Of a stretch of DNA of 55,053 bases, positions 46,154-53,689 are shown piece by piece. Source of the stretch: an uncultured bacterium (lineage in GTDB: Bacteria; Patescibacteriota; Minisyncoccia; Phycocordibacterales; PALSA-1337); the NCBI GenBank assembly GCA_903846945.1, contig CAINCE010000042.1:1-55053 (forward strand). Reading direction: 5' to 3'. Within the stretch, counting starts at the first letter, position 1. Every line of letters starts with the position of its first letter. The position numbers and the translations under genes were made by a program. The notes under the pieces are model-generated. The model saw only the letters and a program-made list of their open reading frames with translations. It was not told where the DNA came from and ran no database searches.

Positions 46154-46278
46154 AGTCTATAAAGTCTTTAAAGTCTTTAAAGTCATAAAGTCCATAAAGT
46201 TATTTGTTTTTCTCTACCTTTTCCGTTTTCGACTTTACGGACTTTATGGACTTCTCTGACTTTGGACTTTTAGACTTC
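46154..46278. repeat. AAAGTC-family hairpin whose second arm is the coding sequence of the L22 C-terminal tail
   Basis: The arm at 46154-46200 (TATAAAGTC TTTAAAGTC TTTAAAGTC ATAAAGTCC ATAAAGT) is complementary in motif to 46231-46278 (GACTTTAC GGACTTTAT GGACTTCT CTGACTTT GGACTTTT AGACTTC), which lies inside rplV. Confidence 0.8.
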
Positions 46279-46619
46279 TTCGCCTTCGCTTCGATAGGTG
46301 CCAATGTGATCGATACATGACTCGTCCTCTTCTTTATGGGAAAAGCTGACCCTCGTGCCATCGGCTGACTGCGTTTCAAGACATATCCCTGATCGACGCG
46401 GATCTCCTTTACAAAAAGCGCATCCTTGCCAATCTGGTGATTGTGAGATGCGTTTGCGACTGCTGAAGCCAGAAGGTCACCTAGAGGACTAGTTGCCTTC
46501 TTGACTGCACCCATCAAAATATTCTCAGCTACCACAACACTCTTGCCGCGGATCATGTTTGCGACTAGGCGGACTTTGCGTGGTGATATTCGGTAGTTTT
46601 TGAGTGAGGCGGTGATCAT
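46200..46619 (-). CDS. rplV: 50S ribosomal protein L22 with Lys/Ser-rich tail
   Basis: RISPRKVRLVANMIRGK...RSQPMARGSAFPIKKRTSH. The tail is KSKSPKSEKSIKSVKSKTEKVEKNK. Confidence 0.93.
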   Translation of the reverse strand: MITASLKNYRISPRKVRLVANMIRGKSVVVAENILMGAVKKATSPLGDLLASAVANASHNHQIGKDALFVKEIRVDQGYVLKRSQPMARGSAFPIKKRTSHVSITLAPIEAKAKKSKSPKSEKSIKSVKSKTEKVEKNK

Positions 46620-46620
46620 A

Positions 46621-46655
46621 TAAATTTAAAATGTAAAAATCAAAATTGAAAATGG
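46621..46655. repeat. NAAAATG-family array in the rpsS-rplV spacer
   Basis: Sequence is TAAATTTAAAATGTAAAAATCAAAATTGAAAATGG. Confidence 0.75.
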
Positions 46656-46661
46656 TGGGAA

Positions 46662-47015
46662 TTATGCTTTCTTTGCAACTACGGCTGTAGCGGCTTCCTT
46701 GGCGGACTTGGCTGCGTTCATCTCGGCTTCCTTGGCCTTCATCTCGAGTTCCTTTTGCATCTTTCCTCCATGTCTCACGAACTTACGAGTCGGTGAGAAT
46801 TCACCGAGGCGATGTCCTACCATGTCCTCAGTAACGAAAACGTCCACATGTATCTTGCCATTATGGACGCCAAAAGTAAAACCAACCATCTCTGGAGAAA
46901 TCTGTGAGCGGCGTGCCCATGTCTTTATGGTTCCGGCTGTTGCAGGCTTCTTGCCCTCGATCTTCCGAAGGAGTCGCTCTTCAACATATGGTCCTTTTTT
47001 TAGTGATCGTGACAT
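46662..47015 (-). CDS. rpsS: 30S ribosomal protein S19 with Ala/Lys-rich tail
   Basis: [15 protein letters not shown]...[17 protein letters not shown]. Confidence 0.95.
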   Translation of the reverse strand: MSRSLKKGPYVEERLLRKIEGKKPATAGTIKTWARRSQISPEMVGFTFGVHNGKIHVDVFVTEDMVGHRLGEFSPTRKFVRHGGKMQKELEMKAKEAEMNAAKSAKEAATAVVAKKA

Positions 47016-47211
47016 TGGAAATTGTTTACTTCGAAATCTAGCAAATCAATCATTCGAAACGGGATGACTGATTCTCTTCAGTCATTCATGAATTCAATGA
47101 TGAAAATAAAGGGTAATACCCTTTTATCCGACTTCGACTCGCATGTTGTGAATGTAAACCACATTCACACATACTCGCTTGTCGGAATAAGCCCTCATGA
47201 GCTTGTATGCT

Positions 47212-47240
47212 ATGTTAACAGAGCCATGCTTTGAAGTCAA
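47212..47240 (-). promoter_or_regulatory. Candidate promoter for the rpsS-rplE block
   Basis: On the minus strand: TTGACT (47240-47235), 17-nt spacer, TAACAT (47217-47212). This implies a ~190-nt hairpin-rich leader. Confidence 0.45.
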
Positions 47241-47268
47241 GGACGCTTAAATATCGCGTTCCTAACTC

Positions 47269-48516
47269 TCAAAATTTCCCAACTTTTTTGACTTTTTTTC
47301 CTTTGATCAATACCATTTGGTTGTCTGTAATCGGCATAACTGGACATTTGGCTTTCTCCTCAAACTCATCAACTTCACCTTTGAGAATAGTTTTGAAATG
47401 AGGAAAAACGGCAACATCTGTCAAACCAAGTCCTGAAAGATTCATTAATCCAACAACATTTACATCACCCTCTGTACCCCACCCTGCAATCTCTATGCTA
47501 TTGCCAGCAATAATGCTTCCTGCGGATACTCCGATGTACATCGTTCCACTATTTACTGAATCAATAATATACTTGTCTATGTTAGTTTCCCTTATTTTTT
47601 GCAAGATAGCATAAGTATTTCCGCCACAGACATATATTATGTCAGCATACTCCGGTTTGAATGGCTTATGTAAGTTGAGCATACTGATCTCTTTGAAACC
47701 GATAGACTCCAATTGTTTTCTTGAAGCCATGACATAAGACTCTTCTTCCTTTGTTTTGGTATAGCTCACCATCAAAACCTTACACCATTCAACTTGCTTT
47801 GGAGTCTCTTTCAGCAATACTTCTACCGTTTCAGGGTTGATAAAGCCACCAGAAGTTAGGAGCAACTTCTTTATAGTGAACTTGCGAAGCTCGCTCTCAA
47901 CTAGAGTCCTTTGAACATCCGTCTTCTGAATCAATGATAACAATGGTTTGGTCGAATTCCTCTCATCTTCCGAATCTGGAATGGAAAATCCGACATATTC
48001 GACTTTCTTCTTGGTTCGATACCGCACCCAATCAATAGCAGGTATAAGGTCAGCGTCAGAGCTGACTACGATGGCCGTGTCATAGCGATCATCTATCGCT
48101 GCTGTTATAAGGTCGGTTGCCATCTTAACATCTATTCCTTTCTCACGAAGTCTTTCAAATGTAATCTTCTTGATGCCTGCTTTCAATAACTTCTTGTGAT
48201 CCTTGACTCTACCATCAATAATCAACTCTTCTTCACGAACTTTCAGAGTACTAGTCTTTATTTCCCAATTATCTGATTTTAATCTCGAAAATAGTGCCGT
48301 TTGACGCGACATAGCAAAAACGCTTTTAGGATTTCCTTCTCGTTCCCTAACTGAACCAACATACAGACGCTTTCCCATATTTGAAATAGCCCTATCACCT
48401 GCTAAGAAACTCGCAAATGCATCGTAATCAAATTGCACATCCCTAAGACCGAGCTTTTTGAGAGCCAAGTGATAGAAGTTGCTACCATCTATAAATATCT
48501 GCACTCTTTCTGACAT
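47269..48516 (-). CDS. Fusion protein: N-terminal NYN/LabA-like (PIN-fold) domain + C-terminal peptidase S51 (PepE/cyanophycinase-like) domain
   Basis: N-terminus VQIFIDGSNFYH...VVSSDADLIPA (NYN Asp residues). C-terminus IYVCGGNTYAILQKI...MYIGVSAGSIIAG...VFPHF (S51 Ser/His context). Confidence 0.65.
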   Translation of the reverse strand: MSERVQIFIDGSNFYHLALKKLGLRDVQFDYDAFASFLAGDRAISNMGKRLYVGSVREREGNPKSVFAMSRQTALFSRLKSDNWEIKTSTLKVREEELIIDGRVKDHKKLLKAGIKKITFERLREKGIDVKMATDLITAAIDDRYDTAIVVSSDADLIPAIDWVRYRTKKKVEYVGFSIPDSEDERNSTKPLLSLIQKTDVQRTLVESELRKFTIKKLLLTSGGFINPETVEVLLKETPKQVEWCKVLMVSYTKTKEEESYVMASRKQLESIGFKEISMLNLHKPFKPEYADIIYVCGGNTYAILQKIRETNIDKYIIDSVNSGTMYIGVSAGSIIAGNSIEIAGWGTEGDVNVVGLMNLSGLGLTDVAVFPHFKTILKGEVDEFEEKAKCPVMPITDNQMVLIKGKKVKKVGKF

Positions 48517-48543
48517 AGACCCGATTATACACCCAAACGAATA

Positions 48544-48574
48544 GCCCGCACAGTGCCATACGGCACGCGCGGGC
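48544..48574 (-). terminator. Candidate hairpin terminator after the 48614..49054 gene
   Basis: On the minus strand: GCCCGCGCGTGCC-GTAT-GGCACTGTGCGGGC, then TATTCGTTT. Confidence 0.35.
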
Positions 48575-48613
48575 GACTTCCATATCTAAAGTATACTCAC
48601 ATTTATCCTGCCG

Positions 48614-49054
48614 TCAAGGACGCCTATTCCTAGGCTTTTTCCTCTTGTAATAATTCTTCGATTCCCTAGTGATAGCCAGGATACTGACCATGGCAATGTA
48701 TGATGCACTAACTTCTGACGGTAGATGATAAGTGATGCCGTATATCTCTGGTCCTATGATGAGAAATAACACCAGTACGGTCCAAATGATCGCATAAAGT
48801 TCGCCAGGATGAATAGACTTGTGCATATGATGCCAACGACGGAATTCTTTCTCTGCACTATATATCGCCAATGTGGCAGCATAGATCCCTGCGACACCGA
48901 GGAGAATCTCACCCTTGGATAAGACATTGTCATTATAGAAATCAAATATGATCGCTGCAAAAAATACCATGGTCCAGAAATTGACTATCAACCTCCACGC
49001 ATTGAACGAGCCAACTTTCTGCAGACGGTCGATCAAAGATATCTTATCGGACAT
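48614..49054 (-). CDS. Hypothetical 4-TM membrane protein
   Basis: Start set at MSDKISLIDRLQK because a paralogous fragment at 53517-53645 aligns from that Met. Confidence 0.6.
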   Translation of the reverse strand: MSDKISLIDRLQKVGSFNAWRLIVNFWTMVFFAAIIFDFYNDNVLSKGEILLGVAGIYAATLAIYSAEKEFRRWHHMHKSIHPGELYAIIWTVLVLFLIIGPEIYGITYHLPSEVSASYIAMVSILAITRESKNYYKRKKPRNRRP

Positions 49055-49083
49055 ATCATCATTGTAACACAAGTGTTACCTCC
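48972..49083. repeat. Direct repeat copy A (5' end plus ~25 nt leader of the membrane-protein gene)
   Basis: About 110 bp with roughly 80 percent identity by eye to 53562-53672, in the same orientation. Confidence 0.75.
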
Positions 49084-49326
49084 CCTGTATCAATCTCAAC
49101 ATGTAGGCAACTGTTCCCCTGCCCATTTTTACGAATAATTTGAACATCGTCGTGATAATTAGATTAAACGGATTGAATGGATTGAAATATAAATACTTGT
49201 CCTCACGAATCCGCCAACTGACGAAGGTGATCAAATTCGGGTCGATCTAACGATGAGGTAATTGTAGCATAAAAAAATATTTACAGAGCAATGAATATAG
49301 AAACTAAAAAAGCGCTATCTCTAAGC

Positions 49327-52300
49327 CTATTTCATATGCTTCGCTCGGAGATATGTAATGACTGCAGCAGCACTCCTGGATTCTATAGGATCCAAAACAC
49401 GACCTGAAACATCAAACACTTTTTCCAAAACATCTAATGCCTCATCTTTGCCATGAACATTCCTATCTTTCTCAAATCGTCCCGTAAACTCTATCATCAA
49501 ATTAAATAGGTCTTCACCACGACGCTCGCGGACATCATGTGTTATGGTTTTTTCCTTATATATCTCCTCTTCCAAAAACTTCCTAAACTCGACCTCATCT
49601 TCGATATTGCCTCGTGTCATTTCAAGAATATCAAAACCTGCATATCTAGATGCGTTCAATACCCTACTCATCACATCGACATGTGACTGTTTTACACCGT
49701 AGAGAATATGATTGAGGGTATTTTCAAGTTTACCATTCTCGAGTTGTCTTATCGTATGGACATCCATCGTTTTCAAGACTCTCTCGAGTCCTGCCAGCTC
49801 CTTTTCCGCATCAACTGTCAATGCAACCATTATTTCTGCTGCTTTGTGTTCTTGCTCAACTATTTTTGGCGTGATAGACGAGGGTGTACCGTCAACGATG
49901 ATGAGATCTGGTTTACCGTCCTTGTTCTGTGGATTGGGCCAGAGGACATATGATGTTGCGTGGGCACGATCAGTCTTCACCACAGTACTGTCGGCTTCGG
50001 ACACATAACCACTGGCTATGCCCGAGACAAATCCTGCCTTACGGAGCATAGCTGTCGTAAGTGTCGCGAAGTCAGTACAAATACCTGCATATTTCTTACT
50101 AGCCAGATTGGAATCTGTCGCTCTGAGTTCATCCATGCGACCCTCCATGATAGCTAAACGCTCATCAAAGCTATCTGTATCTCTCGGCTGATCATCGAGA
50201 TTGTAATAGCCGTATTCATAGCAAAATTCTTGAATCGCTATAACTTTTTCTCGTGGTGTCTTATCTGCCAAACTGGCAATAAATATGTCTATTTCATCTC
50301 CAACATCTCCTATCTCTTTAGTCATCACATCACCGAAACTTCTTTCAAAATCCGTCCTGAACCTATCATAGTCTCGTTCTGATATTTCCGCCATCGTTTT
50401 CGGAGCTTCACTATAACTGGTCGAGTATGCTATGTGTTTAGCTTCCGTTCCTTTATCGACTCTGACCTCACCGAGATTATTCTTCTCAATTATCGAGATC
50501 GGCATCTCCTGTCCCTTCGAATCAATTCCCTTCAATCGCTCTGTGACGATTCTCCCATTAGCGACTCTCGGAAGATTTACTTTCTGGCTAGCATTTTCGT
50601 CAACGAATTCAAATGTCGCCTCCTTTGCAGGATCGGTGACTTCCTGCGATATGGGCACATTGACCTTCGCCCAACCTTTTCCAGTATAGTTGCCAAACAA
50701 TCCTTGCGTTATGAATGTAGATGGTGGTAACGGTTCACGAAGCTTCAATACCTCACGGTTGGCGCGCACCATCTCGTAATAACCCGCTTCATCAACGGAT
50801 GCCAAATGGTCCATTCCAGGGTCATAGTCAACATATCCACCTCTTCCTCCCTCTTGCCCCGAGCCTGTCGAGGAACCACCGCCAAATATATTCGCCGAAC
50901 TTCTCTTCTTTCCTCTTTCTCCTTCGATCGCTCTCTCTCTATTGGCTTGTGCTTCAGGAAACATATAATAGAACATCTGTGTCATCAGATACTCCGTCGG
51001 CTTGTCGTCTTTTGCTCGCAATGTGTCCAAGAATAGTTCAGGCGCTTCTTTGATAGTCTGATTCACTGCACCAACAAATCGGCCGGATTGCGCAAGCATC
51101 TTTTTGATGCCCGCCTTGACTGTTTTGCGCCACTCTTCCTTGGTTCTAAGTGGATAATACTTCTCAAAGTAAACTTGTGTCGTCGACAGATCCTCCTTGG
51201 CAACAGCATTAGCAAGGTCAAGGTCTCTTTGTTCCTGTTCGTTCAACTTAAATTCACCCGCCTCTGAATATTGCCAAACGCGCTTTTTGTCGGGCAATGA
51301 TTCGATAATGAAAAGTTTGCCACCGGAGTTTACTACTTCAACAGTGCCATCAAAGGTTAGTTCGTTAAACTTGGTTTCGCCGTATTTGAGAGATAGGATA
51401 CGCTTACTATCAGTTATAAATACTTGATCTTGAAAGCCAACAGCTTTACTTTTTTGATAATCATCCAATATGATTGGAAATTTATTTCCTCCCCAAGACA
51501 ACATTATTTGCCCGCCGCGTGTTTTGGTCAAATAAAACATATGACCATTTATCTCTAAAAAATTAGAGTAGGGATTATTATTTTGGCCACGGAAAGTATC
51601 CTCTTTATCAAACATTGCCCACCAATTTCCATCAGTGTGTTCTAAAAGAAGAAAAACTTCATCGCCTGTTGACAGTATTCCGCTACACTTATAGAAATGT
51701 GGATTTGAAAGCTTCTTTTCTTCTCCATCCACATAAACAAAATGCTCATCACCTTTTTTGGCATAAAAAATCAACTTATCCGTTGAATTTTCACAGAGTT
51801 TAATATCTTCATACGGACCAAAACGCTCATTACCAAAATTGACAAATTTGTCCAGCCCAGCAACCACCGACCCACTGTCCACTATTATATATACCAGCTT
51901 CCCACTTATCACATGGAGACCATCCGGCAATCTTTGATCTCTTAAAAACTCTCGATATATCCTGTCATCCTTGACTAACATTAGATGTCCGCGCGCTTCA
52001 TACCCCAACCAGTAGATATTGCCCCCCAGTTCCACGCAGTTATCATCATGACTACCCAATATCACCGTGTGCTCCTCACACTTCAGTGGTATACCATCAA
52101 CTACGAGTTGAGGAAGATCTTCACCAGATCGCACTTCAATTACCTTATGATTCCCAACCTGTCGGAGACTACTTGCTCCCGTATACGAATCAATAGTATT
52201 ACCACTATTATCTAACAATACACTCCCCTTGCCTCCATATAGTCCCCTATACAATTTATTTACTTCTCCATTCAATATTTTTAACTCTCTGATTTCATAA

Positions 52301-53490
52301 TCCTGACCTCGATATTTCATCTCATCAGGTACAACTTCCACCTCTTTGAATTTCTCTTTGCCACTTTCCGCCTTCGATCCCTTCTTCGCTGAAGCTTCGG
52401 AGGCCGAGAAAGCTTCGAATGGCACGCCATCTTTACCTGCTTCTTTTTCTATTTTTATTACAACATACTCCCCCTTCTCCTCATCAAACCTTATCTCAAA
52501 CTCATCTTCTCTAAAGCCACGGGCGATGAGAGACTGCTCGATACCTGAAATGGATTTGGTGTACGGCTTGCCTTCAAATATGCCCTCCTGCTTCCTACCT
52601 TCAAGCAAACCCTTTATAGCTTCTCTCTTCCTCTGATCAAAAAGTTCGCGCGATGGAGCGTAGCGGGCGCGACGAAGTTCTGATCTGTCCTCATCGTTTA
52701 ATTCAATACTCTCCATCATGATGATGGCATCAAAGTCTCCCTTACTTATAAGATTACTGCGCAGTGACCACTTTACTCTATCAACGCCTTCTTCGTAAGC
52801 GTACCGTTTGACCCCTGAAAAACGTTCCCGCTCAAGTTCTTCTTCCGTTTCAACCCCAAGGAACTTTCTAATCGGTCCAGTATAATAGCTTTCTTCGAGC
52901 ACCGCTTCGGCACTCAAGAGATGATCTTCGGCCGTCACTTCTACCTGTGAGCGCGTATCAGCAGGGACTTCAGGACTCTTCAAACGACGGTTGCGGATGA
53001 AGTGAGCGTAATGGGAATCAATTTTATCCAAATCAAAAGTCTTCTCGCGTTCTTCCTGTTCAACAGCCAAACCGACTGCACGCCTGCTCAAAAAGAATTG
53101 TAAAGATGAAGCTAGGTTGACATTAGATGAATCTGGATCATCTTTTCTCCTTGGTGTATTTGAAAGATAACCTACATTTCTTCCTACAAAATCAGAAAAT
53201 TTTTTTGCAAAATCAGCGTGTTTCTGAATGAAATCTTCTTGTCCCAATGACTCTGTAATCGAAAGAGTTGGAACGCCCAACCTTCGAGCAATCTCAAATC
53301 CATCCTTAATTGAATGTTCAAATATACGGGATACAACTAAAAACTTTTCTCTGGTGGATAATTTTAATGTGTTTTCCTCAATCTCCTTGAACAACCTCCC
53401 CTTCTCTGCCTGAAGTTCGGCAAAATCCAGTGGTTTTTCAGCTGGTGACGCACCCGTTTCGATAAGTTCTCTTGACCTGTGTGATGGCAT
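49327..53490 (-). CDS. Giant (1387 aa) cytoplasmic protein with repetitive beta-rich middle region and a C-terminal-half transglutaminase-like Cys-His-Asp core
   Basis: GICTDFATLTTAMLRKAGF (Cys), RAHATSYVLW (His), IIVDGTP (Asp). The middle region has recurring hydrophobic-G-(D/E/G) strand-like repeats. No signal peptide. Confidence 0.6.
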   Translation of the reverse strand: MPSHRSRELIETGASPAEKPLDFAELQAEKGRLFKEIEENTLKLSTREKFLVVSRIFEHSIKDGFEIARRLGVPTLSITESLGQEDFIQKHADFAKKFSDFVGRNVGYLSNTPRRKDDPDSSNVNLASSLQFFLSRRAVGLAVEQEEREKTFDLDKIDSHYAHFIRNRRLKSPEVPADTRSQVEVTAEDHLLSAEAVLEESYYTGPIRKFLGVETEEELERERFSGVKRYAYEEGVDRVKWSLRSNLISKGDFDAIIMMESIELNDEDRSELRRARYAPSRELFDQRKREAIKGLLEGRKQEGIFEGKPYTKSISGIEQSLIARGFREDEFEIRFDEEKGEYVVIKIEKEAGKDGVPFEAFSASEASAKKGSKAESGKEKFKEVEVVPDEMKYRGQDYEIRELKILNGEVNKLYRGLYGGKGSVLLDNSGNTIDSYTGASSLRQVGNHKVIEVRSGEDLPQLVVDGIPLKCEEHTVILGSHDDNCVELGGNIYWLGYEARGHLMLVKDDRIYREFLRDQRLPDGLHVISGKLVYIIVDSGSVVAGLDKFVNFGNERFGPYEDIKLCENSTDKLIFYAKKGDEHFVYVDGEEKKLSNPHFYKCSGILSTGDEVFLLLEHTDGNWWAMFDKEDTFRGQNNNPYSNFLEINGHMFYLTKTRGGQIMLSWGGNKFPIILDDYQKSKAVGFQDQVFITDSKRILSLKYGETKFNELTFDGTVEVVNSGGKLFIIESLPDKKRVWQYSEAGEFKLNEQEQRDLDLANAVAKEDLSTTQVYFEKYYPLRTKEEWRKTVKAGIKKMLAQSGRFVGAVNQTIKEAPELFLDTLRAKDDKPTEYLMTQMFYYMFPEAQANRERAIEGERGKKRSSANIFGGGSSTGSGQEGGRGGYVDYDPGMDHLASVDEAGYYEMVRANREVLKLREPLPPSTFITQGLFGNYTGKGWAKVNVPISQEVTDPAKEATFEFVDENASQKVNLPRVANGRIVTERLKGIDSKGQEMPISIIEKNNLGEVRVDKGTEAKHIAYSTSYSEAPKTMAEISERDYDRFRTDFERSFGDVMTKEIGDVGDEIDIFIASLADKTPREKVIAIQEFCYEYGYYNLDDQPRDTDSFDERLAIMEGRMDELRATDSNLASKKYAGICTDFATLTTAMLRKAGFVSGIASGYVSEADSTVVKTDRAHATSYVLWPNPQNKDGKPDLIIVDGTPSSITPKIVEQEHKAAEIMVALTVDAEKELAGLERVLKTMDVHTIRQLENGKLENTLNHILYGVKQSHVDVMSRVLNASRYAGFDILEMTRGNIEDEVEFRKFLEEEIYKEKTITHDVRERRGEDLFNLMIEFTGRFEKDRNVHGKDEALDVLEKVFDVSGRVLDPIESRSAAAVITYLRAKHMK

Positions 53491-53516
53491 GGTTATCTAT
53501 ATTATATGTCACTTCT

Positions 53517-53645
53517 TCATCTTCCTTTTCCTCTTGTAGAAATTCTTTGATAGAAAGTGACAGTCCAAAAATTAACTATCCATCTCCACACATTGAACGA
53601 CCCAGCTTTCTGTAAACGATCGACCAGAGATACTTTGTTAACCAT
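53517..53645 (-). pseudogene. Truncated paralog (N-terminal 27 aa) of the 48614..49054 membrane-protein gene
   Basis: Translates MVNKVSLVDRLQKAGSFNVWRWIVNFWT, compared with MSDKISLIDRLQKVGSFNAWRLIVNFWT. It then diverges and stops after 42 codons. Confidence 0.7.
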
Positions 53646-53672
53646 ATCTCAATTCTACCAGCAAGTCGGGAT
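53562..53672. repeat. Direct repeat copy B
   Basis: See 48972-49083. Confidence 0.75.
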
Positions 53673-53689
53673 TTACGCATTCACCGAGC

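Noticed and set aside
48588-48617. TTGACG-16-TATACT promoter for the NYN-S51 gene.
   Set aside because: It overlaps the stop codon of the upstream gene and would place the candidate terminator hairpin (48544-48574) inside the leader. The two interpretations conflict and I cannot resolve them from sequence alone.
1133-53490. Alternative genetic code (UGA or UAG reassignment, as in some CPR lineages).
   Set aside because: All conserved genes (rpoB, rpoC, typA, hisS, pyk, ribosomal proteins) are full length and uninterrupted under the standard bacterial code, so no recoding is needed.
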